From positions 1 through 39,508 of the forward strand of contig JBHHUN010000008.1 in NCBI GenBank assembly GCA_046753765.1: 39,508 nucleotides of DNA, in the 5' to 3' direction. The translations under genes were made by a program, and so were the position numbers. This DNA comes from Candidatus Dojkabacteria bacterium (lineage in GTDB: Bacteria > Patescibacteriota > Dojkabacteria > B142 > OLB20). The notes beneath the pieces were generated by a model, which saw nothing but the letters and a program-made list of their open reading frames with translations, did not search any database and was not told the DNA's origin. Of this stretch, positions 17,859 to 27,203 are shown piece by piece. Positions within the stretch are counted from its first letter, which is position 1, and every line of letters begins with the position of its first letter.

Positions 17859-19799
17859 TTACTTGTGCTTCCACTCCCAAACACCCTTCCAGTCCTTTGT
17901 CTGCTCTGGCGTTAACCCCTGGATTCTTTTTACCATCATCTTTGCAGGCTCATCATTGGGAAGTTCTAAAAACTTGGCCTGAGCCTCTTTAAACTGCCCC
18001 CCAGCATAAAGATTAAACGCATCGTGATAGACGGCCGTCTCCGCAATCGCTTGTTCAGTCTTAGGACGTGCTTCGTATAGTTTGACCGCTTGGTTCTTTC
18101 CTTTAACCTTTACACTGTCAAGCATTCTAAAAACGAAGCTCTCATTTTTTATTTCCAACTCTGCGATAACATTTTCTGTAACGATAACACCAACTTTATA
18201 CTGTTTAGTAAGCCCCTCAACCCTGGATGCCAAATTGACTCCATCACCAATAAGTGTATAGTCAAATCTCTTTCGACTTCCTATGTTGCCAACGATCATT
18301 TCATCTGTGTTAATCCCTACACCTACTTTGATCTCTGGAAGGTTTGGACGCTGCTTGTTAAACTCGATCAGACTTTGCTGCATTGCAAGTCCTGCTCTAA
18401 TTGCCAGTATCTGGTGGTTGGCGTCATCGAGTGGAGCGTTCCAGAACGCCATTATTGCGTCACCTATGAATTTATCAATAGTGCCTTGATTTTGCAGGAT
18501 CACGTTCGTTTGCATGTCGAAATAGTCATTAGTTAGCGTTATCAACTGCTCAACAGAGAGTTTCTCAGAAACCGTAGTAAATCCTCTAATATCGCTAAAC
18601 AGAACAGAGATTATCTTTTTCTGTCCGCCGAGCTCTAACTGACCAGGCTTCTTGACCAGCTGATCAAGAAGCTCAGGATTGACATACCTCTCAAATGCCT
18701 TTTTTATGAAACGTTTCTCTTTTGACTCAACGAAGTATTTGTACCCGATATAAAAGACATAACTTACACTGAGCAGGACATTTGCAGTGAAAAACGGCCA
18801 GTTAAGCCCGCCAAGGTAGATGATAATCCCAAGAATATTGAGAGCAATCAGTGCGCCAATAAAGATCCCAAACTCATAGATATTTTTCTTAATCCGTTGA
18901 TATATTAGTAGTATCACTGAGGTAACTGCAGCCATGATCATAAGCAAAGTTACTCCGCTCATTGTGTTTCTAAACTGCCCCTGAATGAACGAATTAAGAA
19001 TACTTGCGTGGATCATCACTCCTGGCGTTGTCCTGCCTAGTACGTCTGTGAAGTTGTCCAGTAGATTACTTTTAAGGTCAATCGGAGTAGCACCGACAAG
19101 TAGGATTTTGTCCTCTAACTGACTGGGTTCAAACTCATTATTGTAGATATCTTTGAAACTAACATACGTGAAATCTGCGCCGGAGTAGTTGAAAATTAAA
19201 TTCCGCTCGTGCGTTATCCCGCTTGCCACTGTTACCTGTTCACCGCATTCTGGCGTATCGACTGCACTTAAGAACTGGCGATAGACTGTTGCTGAGAAAC
19301 TAAGGTTACACTTCCCGTCAATTTCACTTGCTATTGTTGTTCTTCTGATCTTACCATCACTATCAGGCACAAAATTCACGTAGCCATGCTCTACTTGCCC
19401 GGAAAAGAATCCACTCTCAAGAAGTTCCCCATCAACCAACTTGCTACCAAGTACAACCGGGAACTCAGACTCTATTAAGGCTATCTCAAACTGCTCATCG
19501 CCCTCACGCTCTTCAAAAAAAAGAATGTCCATTGCCACCGCCTTGGGTTTAGCCACTTCGAGATTGTCAATAAAATCTGCAAAAACATCTCTTGTCCACG
19601 GCCATGCACCGATATCGGTCAACGTGGCGTCGTCAATCCCAATAACTACAATTTCGGAGCTAGGTGGAAGCCCTCCCTGTAGTCTGTCCCAAAATAGATT
19701 GTTTAAGCTCCATAGAAAGGGAATACTAAACACAATCCAGATCAGTGCCAAAACAACAAGATTGGAAAGAAGGGGGCGAAAGATCTTAGTTAAGTTCAT
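17859..19799 (-). CDS. CHASE2-domain class III adenylate/guanylate cyclase
   Basis: IGIDD..GAWPW (CHASE2), 3 TMs, FSDIRGFT, DKFIGDAIMAFW, GDGVNLASRVE. Confidence 0.93.
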   Translation of the reverse strand: MNLTKIFRPLLSNLVVLALIWIVFSIPFLWSLNNLFWDRLQGGLPPSSEIVVIGIDDATLTDIGAWPWTRDVFADFIDNLEVAKPKAVAMDILFFEEREGDEQFEIALIESEFPVVLGSKLVDGELLESGFFSGQVEHGYVNFVPDSDGKIRRTTIASEIDGKCNLSFSATVYRQFLSAVDTPECGEQVTVASGITHERNLIFNYSGADFTYVSFKDIYNNEFEPSQLEDKILLVGATPIDLKSNLLDNFTDVLGRTTPGVMIHASILNSFIQGQFRNTMSGVTLLMIMAAVTSVILLIYQRIKKNIYEFGIFIGALIALNILGIIIYLGGLNWPFFTANVLLSVSYVFYIGYKYFVESKEKRFIKKAFERYVNPELLDQLVKKPGQLELGGQKKIISVLFSDIRGFTTVSEKLSVEQLITLTNDYFDMQTNVILQNQGTIDKFIGDAIMAFWNAPLDDANHQILAIRAGLAMQQSLIEFNKQRPNLPEIKVGVGINTDEMIVGNIGSRKRFDYTLIGDGVNLASRVEGLTKQYKVGVIVTENVIAELEIKNESFVFRMLDSVKVKGKNQAVKLYEARPKTEQAIAETAVYHDAFNLYAGGQFKEAQAKFLELPNDEPAKMMVKRIQGLTPEQTKDWKGVWEWKHK

Positions 19800-22191
19800 T
19801 GAAATAACTGGTTAAGAAGATATCAGAACCACCGTTTGTTGTGTGGTGATCGAATCCTTCTGTATCGTCAAAATCTACATTTGTTCCTTTAAAATCCCCA
19901 ACAACAAACAGGTCTGAATCGACGACATGGATTCCTTCACCGTGGGCATCGTCTCCACCGAAAGAACGTGTGACAACATAACTACCATTGGTGTCATTTA
20001 ATTTCGTCACGAACACGTTCGCTATCCCTTCTGACGAATGCGGATCAGTGATTGCACCTCCGGCACTCCCAAATTCTACCGTACCATTGAAATAGCCTGT
20101 GGTATATACCGAACTGATCCTGTCTGAACTGATATCATTCCCTATGTCTGATCCTGTAGAGCCAAAGACTCTAGTCCAGCGGTGGAGGAGTCCTGAGTCC
20201 AAGCTTGTAATAAATATATCTTCGAGTCCATTTGAAACATGAATCTCAGATCCTTCTGGTGCGGCAAAGTTTACTGTGTCTTCATAATGCCCCGTGACAA
20301 AAAGATTTCCGATATAGTCAGAAGTTACTGCCCTACCTGCATCTTCACCGTTCCCCCCAAATGTCTTTGTTCCCATATAGAGTCCGTCATCAAAGGATTG
20401 AGTTACAAAAGCATCTCCTGCTCCAACCGCAAAGTGCATGTCTGTAAGTTCTGGATCGTGATTAAAGTCTACACTACCATGGAAAACTCCTGTTGTCGTT
20501 ATAACACCAGTATTATCAGCGTTGATTCCGAACCCCTCATCGTCAAGAGTATTGCCGAATGTTGCTGTCCAAAGATAAGATCCGTTCAAATTAACGCCAG
20601 TGATAAAAGCATCCTTTCCACCATTTGATATATGAACGTCCGCCTGGCCGAATGGGTCGAAATCTACGCCGGTACTGCCATCCAGAATTGCTCCGGTAAC
20701 GAAAATCTTATCACTAGAAGTGATAGTGATGTCATTTGCAAAGTCAGGATAAATATATGATCCAAACGCTTTTACCCAGGCAAAATTCCCATCATTCAGG
20801 AACTTCGCAATGAACACGTCGGCATCACCATTTGAGTTAAAGATGGCCCCACCAACACCCCCCTGGTCAAAATCAACGCTACCAAAGAAATGTCCTGTGA
20901 TATATACATCTCCAAATCCATCAGTTGCCACTGCAAAAGATTGGTCATCCCCAGTGCTGCTGCCAAATGTTCTTGTCCAAGCATAGCTACCGTCAGCATT
21001 AAATTTTGTCAGAAACACATCATCGCCACCATTTGAGCTATGCAGGTCAGGTTGGGCGATTCCTGCAGTCCCCGAGATTGTTCTCTCAAAATCAACGTTC
21101 TGACCCCTGAAGCTGCCAGTCATAAATACGTTGCCTGCAATATCGGTCGTGACCTCAAATGCATGGTCATTATCAGTTCCGCCGATCGTACTTGTCAGTA
21201 TATAAGCCAGGTCTTGAGGGTCAGGAGTTGGTGTAGGTGAAGGTGTCGGAGTCGGTGTTGCTGACGGTGTTGCCATTGGTGTAACAACCGGTGTGGGCGA
21301 AGTGGTCGTTGTTGGTGTTGGGGTTGGAGTTGTAGTCGGTGACACACTGTCAACGAAGTCAAGAACCTCAGCACAGTTAAGCTGCTGCGTTCCGGCAACA
21401 CACTCAACATAATCCTGCCAATCCTGATCTTCATCGATATGCTCCTCAATAAGTGCTATCAATTCAGTGGCACTTGCGATATCAGTCAGCACATCACTAT
21501 CATTTTCAAACTCTTCGTCTGCTGTTAGGATAATCTCGTTAAATGATTCCGGTAAATTTTTCAGTGTAAGAGTGATATCATCTTCTCCAACGTAGCAGGT
21601 GGTCACGCCCAACACCGTCACCTCACAGCCAAATTCGGTCCCCCTTACAGATGCAACTGTATTTGATGTTTCAATTGAATAGTCAGCTGAACCGAACAAA
21701 GACTGCACACTACTCCAGGTGCGTCCTAGGAATTGCTCTATGTTTATTAGCAAGTTGCCATCAGCATTTTCATCATATGCGCTTATTTCAATATCAGTGT
21801 TTTTGTCTAACGTGATGACAGAGCTATCCTCAAATACAATGTAACCCGTTGCACTATCGTCTGTTCGTACACGGTCACCCTCTCTGATTTCAACTTGGTT
21901 GGTATTAATCTCAATCTCTTCGCCATCCCTGACCACTGTCACTTCAGGACTTGCAATATTTAAGATGGCTACTTTTACCTCAGGGGTTGGAGTTACTGTC
22001 GCTAGATCACCTTCAGTGAACGTAACATCACCATCTGCTGTTGTAGATTCATCACTGGCGGGAGAGCTTGCACTAATAATCCACACTGCTAAACCAACGG
22101 CTGCTGCGAGAAGTACAACTACCAGGATAAGCAAACCAGCACGGCTTTCAGGTTCATTACTTCCTTCTTGTTGCTCTGAGGTTCCATTCAT
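19786..22191 (-). CDS. Membrane-anchored FecR-domain protein with Pro/Thr linker and beta-propeller (SBBP-like) repeats
   Basis: GDRVRT..ASVRGTEF (FecR), TPTP linker, repeated D..GN(V)F.TG.F...VDF..DVF.TK units; start may be 22242. Confidence 0.8.
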   Translation of the reverse strand: MNGTSEQQEGSNEPESRAGLLILVVVLLAAAVGLAVWIISASSPASDESTTADGDVTFTEGDLATVTPTPEVKVAILNIASPEVTVVRDGEEIEINTNQVEIREGDRVRTDDSATGYIVFEDSSVITLDKNTDIEISAYDENADGNLLINIEQFLGRTWSSVQSLFGSADYSIETSNTVASVRGTEFGCEVTVLGVTTCYVGEDDITLTLKNLPESFNEIILTADEEFENDSDVLTDIASATELIALIEEHIDEDQDWQDYVECVAGTQQLNCAEVLDFVDSVSPTTTPTPTPTTTTSPTPVVTPMATPSATPTPTPSPTPTPDPQDLAYILTSTIGGTDNDHAFEVTTDIAGNVFMTGSFRGQNVDFERTISGTAGIAQPDLHSSNGGDDVFLTKFNADGSYAWTRTFGSSTGDDQSFAVATDGFGDVYITGHFFGSVDFDQGGVGGAIFNSNGDADVFIAKFLNDGNFAWVKAFGSYIYPDFANDITITSSDKIFVTGAILDGSTGVDFDPFGQADVHISNGGKDAFITGVNLNGSYLWTATFGNTLDDEGFGINADNTGVITTTGVFHGSVDFNHDPELTDMHFAVGAGDAFVTQSFDDGLYMGTKTFGGNGEDAGRAVTSDYIGNLFVTGHYEDTVNFAAPEGSEIHVSNGLEDIFITSLDSGLLHRWTRVFGSTGSDIGNDISSDRISSVYTTGYFNGTVEFGSAGGAITDPHSSEGIANVFVTKLNDTNGSYVVTRSFGGDDAHGEGIHVVDSDLFVVGDFKGTNVDFDDTEGFDHHTTNGGSDIFLTSYFNELN

Positions 22192-22198
22192 GCGTCTT

Positions 22199-22879
22199 TT
22201 ACGCTGGTTGTTGTAGTTTGTCTTTTGGCTGTAGGTGTCCATCCTCAGGGACGGGGTGGGATTTTTTCTCTAAATCCTCAATAAACCTCTTTGTCAAAAG
22301 CTGAACGAGGTAGAACCCAAAGGATGGATTTTGATAGTAGAGCTGCATTATCTTATCCTGAGTGATTGAATAGGCTACGATGTCGCTGACTGCAATTGCT
22401 TGTGCAGTCCTTTCATTAAAAGGGGAAAAAATCCCCATCTCTCCCATAACCTGTCCTGCCCCAATCACAACGCCAACTTCTCCAAGTCTGACGTTTCCGC
22501 TCTGAATGTAGTACATTTTATCGGCAGGATCACCTTTTTTGAAAATGATGTCGCCATTCTTGAACGACTCTTTTGTCATATATTTGACCATCCAGTCAAA
22601 CGAGAAGCCCCCCTGAGATGATTGCTTCACCTTCTTAATCAGATTTTGCATCTGGATCAAACGGTATATGTTGAGCGGAAAGAGGAATAAATGGAGAATC
22701 AGTACTGGATAAAGCTGACCAAAGAAACCGTAGGTTATGAAAGCGATATTACTAGCGATAGCAATGCGACGCAGGGGAATCATAGTCTTCATCAGGAAGG
22801 TGATACCCACCAAAATCGAGGCTACGTAACCTATTATGGTAACGACATCGTTAGTGATTATGTTTCCAAAATCCAGCAT
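22199..22879 (-). CDS. Membrane-bound cyclic nucleotide-binding domain protein
   Basis: N-terminal TMs (MKTMIPLR..SNIAF), then IFKKGDPADKMYYIQSG..GEMG..RTA. Confidence 0.88.
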   Translation of the reverse strand: MLDFGNIITNDVVTIIGYVASILVGITFLMKTMIPLRRIAIASNIAFITYGFFGQLYPVLILHLFLFPLNIYRLIQMQNLIKKVKQSSQGGFSFDWMVKYMTKESFKNGDIIFKKGDPADKMYYIQSGNVRLGEVGVVIGAGQVMGEMGIFSPFNERTAQAIAVSDIVAYSITQDKIMQLYYQNPSFGFYLVQLLTKRFIEDLEKKSHPVPEDGHLQPKDKLQQPA

Positions 22880-22971
22880 CTGAGTCCCTCTAACCAATGT
22901 ACTGCTGCGGCAGCGTTATTAAAAGATAGCAATTAAACATGACAACGTCAACGAGCGATGTATCTTTAGAT

Positions 22972-24108
22972 TTACGCTGAATAGCTTGAAAGCAATAGAT
23001 TTGGTGTAACGGGATCGGTATAGATCTCGTTAATGAAGGCCTTTTCATCGGTGACGTTCTTGTAGATGCGCATCAGAAAATGGAATGCGGGGTAATAGAT
23101 TGCTGAGTACCTCCCCCACTGTGTGTTTGTTGCAAACTTGTGAATGTTCTTTTTGGATTCATCTGAGAGTCCAAATTTCGAAAGGAGCGTTTCAATCTCA
23201 GTTTTTCCAGCATTGTCTGCGAAATGCATAAATGCAACGGCATTTTGTAGCGCGAGCTCCAAGTGATAGTATGCCATCACTAGCTTTAGATCATATGTGT
23301 CCGGGAGCAAGCCGAATATATACGGTGCCGCCTCTGCGATTGCCTCACTCATAAAAGTCTGCGGACTGTAAGTCAGCACAAACCCATGTTCTGCCCTGCC
23401 TTCCTCGATTAGCATTCGATCTTTAAGCGTAAGCTCCGTATGGTGCCCACCATACCCTTCATGAATTGCTAGCCTAGTGATACCAAGATCAGTAAATTCA
23501 GTATCTGTATTTACACTGAGCTTGGATCTAAACGGAGCCACATGTTCAGTAAAGGCCGTCCATGGCCTGCGACTGACTGTTTTAATCTCTAGACCCTCCT
23601 CTGTTGGATAGTAAAACCTGTCGGTAAGCTTTTCCTTTATCTTTCCAATCTGCTCTGTGATTTGCTTCTGCACAGAGCGTGAATTCACCCTTCGTTTCTT
23701 AAATGTGTCCTGTCGAGTGCTTCGAGCTTTGGATTCCAGCTCCGAGATCTCTTTATCTAGCCGGGAAAGCTCAATCTCTGAGACTCTCTCGATGTGTATT
23801 CCAAAACAGCTACTTAAAAATTCTTCAAGTGGGACTTCCGATTCCTCCTTATCAACACTCCTAAGTTGATGAGTGATCGACTGTAAAAGCTCATTCAAGT
23901 AGATCTTTCTCCGAGAATCCGTAAGAAGTGAAATCTGAGAGTTAATCTCGAAGGTCTCTTCCTCAAGATCGATTGTTTTCGGCAACTGCCCCAGAATCTC
24001 CTTAATGATTTCCTTATCAATCCAATTCTCAGAAACTGCCCCTGGCGAGAGCTTATTGAGGTACAGCGCCAGGCTAAATAGTTGTCTACTTGCTTTATCA
24101 ATCTCCAT
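22972..24108 (-). CDS. Hypothetical protein, DUF885-like putative metallopeptidase
   Basis: HEGYGGHH motif and downstream EAIAE. Confidence 0.55.
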   Translation of the reverse strand: MEIDKASRQLFSLALYLNKLSPGAVSENWIDKEIIKEILGQLPKTIDLEEETFEINSQISLLTDSRRKIYLNELLQSITHQLRSVDKEESEVPLEEFLSSCFGIHIERVSEIELSRLDKEISELESKARSTRQDTFKKRRVNSRSVQKQITEQIGKIKEKLTDRFYYPTEEGLEIKTVSRRPWTAFTEHVAPFRSKLSVNTDTEFTDLGITRLAIHEGYGGHHTELTLKDRMLIEEGRAEHGFVLTYSPQTFMSEAIAEAAPYIFGLLPDTYDLKLVMAYYHLELALQNAVAFMHFADNAGKTEIETLLSKFGLSDESKKNIHKFATNTQWGRYSAIYYPAFHFLMRIYKNVTDEKAFINEIYTDPVTPNLLLSSYSA

Positions 24109-24156
24109 ATCCCCATGCTAGCCAAGATTTGGGAAATATGCAATATCGCCGGAGTA

Positions 24157-24462
24157 TCAAAACTTCTCGATTACGTACTCATTTTCTCGCATCCATTCAT
24201 TATGCCACTCTTTCGTGCTCATGCAGCATATACCTGATCTTAAAATCGGCTGTAAGCCCCGTTTTGCGCTTTCTGTATCCATTCTGTCTGCATATTCTTT
24301 TCCTTTCTTAGTGAGCTGTTACTTTGAATTGCTCTTACTGACATACCCAGCTTTTACCAAAGTTGAGACATGATAAGTGAAATGATCTGAACTGAGTCCA
24401 CTGATATTCATATCAGTGAATCTTGAACCCGGATTGAATAACAGTTCCCTGAGAATATGCAT
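24157..24462 (-). pseudogene. Winged-helix protein remnant with an in-frame stop
   Basis: MHILRELLFNPGSRFTDMNISGLSSDHFTYHVSTLVKAGYVSKSNSK*QLTKKGKEYADRMDTE...; TAA at 24321-24319. Confidence 0.7.
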
Positions 24463-24521
24463 CTGTAGGTATATGTATCAGTTATAACACGCATGTATAT
24501 GGGAAACTAGTGAAATTGATT

Positions 24522-25415
24522 TCACTGAACGAACCACCCTTCGCGGATCTGAATTGCATCGGCAAACCCATCGAGCTTGTTTTCAACTATCCATCCCAAG
24601 GGTGTATTATCAACGTCAACACCAATGTAGTTGGCTACGAAATTTGAATAACTATTTGGGTCGTTCTGATCTGCCGCAGGTGCATACTTGCTGAACATAA
24701 GTCTCAGCGAACAACCACCATTCGCACATTCAGGGTTGTAAGAGGAATGGGCACCATCAGCTATAGCTTTCAGATATGCCTTGAGTCCGTTTCTACCGTA
24801 GATATAGTTGCTAAACATCATATACTGCGATGCCGGATAAGGACCATTGCTACCACACGGAGCTGTTCCGCCGTAAGCAACTATAAGGTCAATTCTGCTT
24901 TGGGAGTATCGGATGTTCCCCGGATTGTTATTTTGACACGCCCATCCAAGGTACCCTGTCGTCTCGCCTTGCTCGAACCTGCAGTATGACTCGCCAGCGT
25001 TACATGGTATACACGCCATCGTACTGACGGGACAGGCATTTGGACTTATTGTTGGAAATGGTTGGATATCATAGGTTGGAGTTGGGGTCGGACCACCACC
25101 CTGAGTCTGTGCACCAGCGACAGAGGGGGCACTCTTCTTAACTTCTGGTTGAGGTTTCTTGCGTTTTGGTTTTGGTGAGGGCGTTGGCTGCATCAGCTCC
25201 TCAGCAACAATCGCATTAGAGTTGATTACAAGCTGCTCTGAGAACAACGCCGCGCTTCTGGCAACATTCACAAATGTTGAGCGTTTGAAGATATTATTAG
25301 AATCCAGATGAATGACAGAGTTTCCAAGAAAAAGCGCCACTATTGCCAAAACAACTGTAACTGCAAGATGTTTTTTTGTCGCCGTCGTCATTAAGCTTCG
25401 GTCCATCTTGTACAT
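24522..25415 (-). CDS. Membrane-anchored protein with a Cys-rich segment and NNNPGNI domain (putative lysozyme-like fold)
   Basis: TM, Pro/Thr linker, C-x5-C-x2-C-x6-C, NNNPGNIR, KYAP..NDPNSY, AIQIREG. Confidence 0.6.
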   Translation of the reverse strand: MYKMDRSLMTTATKKHLAVTVVLAIVALFLGNSVIHLDSNNIFKRSTFVNVARSAALFSEQLVINSNAIVAEELMQPTPSPKPKRKKPQPEVKKSAPSVAGAQTQGGGPTPTPTYDIQPFPTISPNACPVSTMACIPCNAGESYCRFEQGETTGYLGWACQNNNPGNIRYSQSRIDLIVAYGGTAPCGSNGPYPASQYMMFSNYIYGRNGLKAYLKAIADGAHSSYNPECANGGCSLRLMFSKYAPAADQNDPNSYSNFVANYIGVDVDNTPLGWIVENKLDGFADAIQIREGWFVQ

Positions 25416-25448
25416 TGTAAAAGCTGGCGTACAAAACTACAAGCCAAA

Positions 25449-25643
25449 CTACAGATCGACCGTAATATCAAACCCTTCGACTGGATTTACATCATCTTTT
25501 GGGGATTCTCCACCTCTCTGAGATTTAGGAGCCGACCTTCTTTTCTTTTCACGCTTCAGCTTATCCTGATAGGCTTTGACCATCACAGTTACAACAAATG
25601 AAATCGTTCCACTTATAGCTGCGATTAACAGTATTTCTCCCAT
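25449..25643 (-). CDS. Small single-TM hypothetical protein
   Basis: N-terminal hydrophobic helix followed by a basic tail; packed in the operon. Confidence 0.6.
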   Translation of the reverse strand: MGEILLIAAISGTISFVVTVMVKAYQDKLKREKKRRSAPKSQRGGESPKDDVNPVEGFDITVDL

Positions 25644-25650
25644 GACCTAA

Positions 25651-25911
25651 CTAGTTGAAATCATCCTCTGAAACTTCGGGCAGTGAATTTTCAAGATCTT
25701 CAAGTGTCGTCTCCAGCTCATTAATAAGCTCATCCGCTTCACTGTCTGATTCGATTGCACTGCCGTCGTCTGAATCAAGGTCACTTACCCGAACTTCATT
25801 TACTTGCGTACTGCCTGTGTCAGTATCACTTTTCTCCTGAAAAAGGTTACAGGCACTCAACCCTAAAAGGATCACGACTGAAAGGGCCACTACTGTTACT
25901 TTTGATCTCAT
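25651..25911 (-). CDS. Small acidic putative lipoprotein
   Basis: Signal peptide ending LSAC; acidic body. Confidence 0.65.
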   Translation of the reverse strand: MRSKVTVVALSVVILLGLSACNLFQEKSDTDTGSTQVNEVRVSDLDSDDGSAIESDSEADELINELETTLEDLENSLPEVSEDDFN

Positions 25912-25929
25912 CGCTAAGATATTTAATAA

Positions 25930-26553
25930 CTAATTTGATTCTAACTGCCCAAAGGCGTCACGAAGCTCAGGGACAATCTCATCCTTAAAGATATCAACTG
26001 CAGCCCTTATGTGCTCTTTAGCGCTTTTGAAGCTCGCGTTAGCCTGAGTGATGAGATCCTTTGGATTTGCCTCATCGTTGTGGCAGATCAGGTCAATCGC
26101 CTGACTTAATAGAGAGATCCCTTCTTCAATATCCTGTTTTGCTAACCCCTTCTGTTCACTAAACCTTGCCACTGCAGCCTCTAGATTTGCAGTGTCAATA
26201 TTCTGCTCTTTCAATCTATTAATCGTCGAGTTTAGTTTGTCCTCAACCTTATCCAATCTGCTTATCAGCCTTCCTTTATTGCCTTCTAAAATATCAATCA
26301 CTCTTTGCACTACCGACCGCACACGTTCACATCTCATCTCTCTACGCTCTTCGCGCCTATCTTCCCTATCCTGTTGCCTCGCCTCCCTGTCTTCTTGTCT
26401 CTGTTCGACTGTTTCTCCTTGATCATGCGTATGATCAGGGTCTTCATCGTCGGTGTGTGCCACAGCCGGAACCACAAATAGTGCTAAAGGCAGTGTTATC
26501 AAGAGTATCACGAGTGATGCTCCGCGTAACTTTTTATGTAACAACATTTCCAA
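25930..26553 (-). CDS. Secreted helical/coiled-coil hypothetical protein
   Basis: Signal peptide (AVA-H), R/E-rich helix, two Cys. Confidence 0.65.
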   Translation of the reverse strand: MEMLLHKKLRGASLVILLITLPLALFVVPAVAHTDDEDPDHTHDQGETVEQRQEDREARQQDREDRREERREMRCERVRSVVQRVIDILEGNKGRLISRLDKVEDKLNSTINRLKEQNIDTANLEAAVARFSEQKGLAKQDIEEGISLLSQAIDLICHNDEANPKDLITQANASFKSAKEHIRAAVDIFKDEIVPELRDAFGQLESN

Positions 26554-26594
26554 GCGGTAATATATTAACTATAATAGTAAATTAACTCAGATCT

Positions 26595-27191
26595 ATGAAA
26601 AAAACAATATCTATTAACCCAGGCAAGCCGAAAGAGTTTGTATGGACGCTTCTTCTAAAACCGAAGACTTTTGTAAGTAACTATCTACCTTTCAGTAGCA
26701 AAAGTTTTGCTGTTGTGCTGTTTATTTCTATGATCCTGGTTGTATTGCTGTATGGATTCAGTGACTATATTCTGCTTTCCGAAACAAATTCCTTTGAGTT
26801 ATCAGATACAATTTTGTTTTCGCTGCAAGCGTTTGTAATTCTAACTTTTATCGCATTCGTACTAATAACGGCTTACTATCTTGGCCTTAAGATCTTCAAG
26901 ATTAAACTACCTTTCCGATACATCCTTGCATCGATGCTCTTTATTTCACTAGTCGGATTCATTCTGGATAAGCTCTTCTTCGTTCTTCTTCTACTAATTG
27001 GCAGAATACCCGACTCGACACAGGTAGTGAACACCGTCCTTCTAAATGACCTTGTTATCATCTTCTTTGGTGCTTGGCAGGCAATATATATGGTTGCAGT
27101 TGTTAAATCCAAGGCAAAGATCACGGAGCAAATTGAAACAGTAATACTGCTGTCTTACTTGATGCTGACTCTGATGGCTCTTCGCCCCTGA
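26595..27191 (+). CDS. Membrane protein, Yip1-like
   Basis: LLLKPKTF followed by about 5 TMs. Confidence 0.55.
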   Translation: MKKTISINPGKPKEFVWTLLLKPKTFVSNYLPFSSKSFAVVLFISMILVVLLYGFSDYILLSETNSFELSDTILFSLQAFVILTFIAFVLITAYYLGLKIFKIKLPFRYILASMLFISLVGFILDKLFFVLLLLIGRIPDSTQVVNTVLLNDLVIIFFGAWQAIYMVAVVKSKAKITEQIETVILLSYLMLTLMALRP

Positions 27192-27203
27192 TGCATCGGG
27201 AAG

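Noticed and set aside
21225-21340. DNA tandem repeat
   Set aside because: Explained by the Pro/Thr linker codons of the FecR protein.
24319-24321. Stop-codon reassignment
   Set aside because: TAA, TAG and TGA all terminate intact conserved genes in this window.
24399-24418. Inverted repeat CACTGATAT-TC-ATATCAGTG as an operator or terminator
   Set aside because: It lies inside the winged-helix pseudogene frame, has no U tract, and has no second copy.
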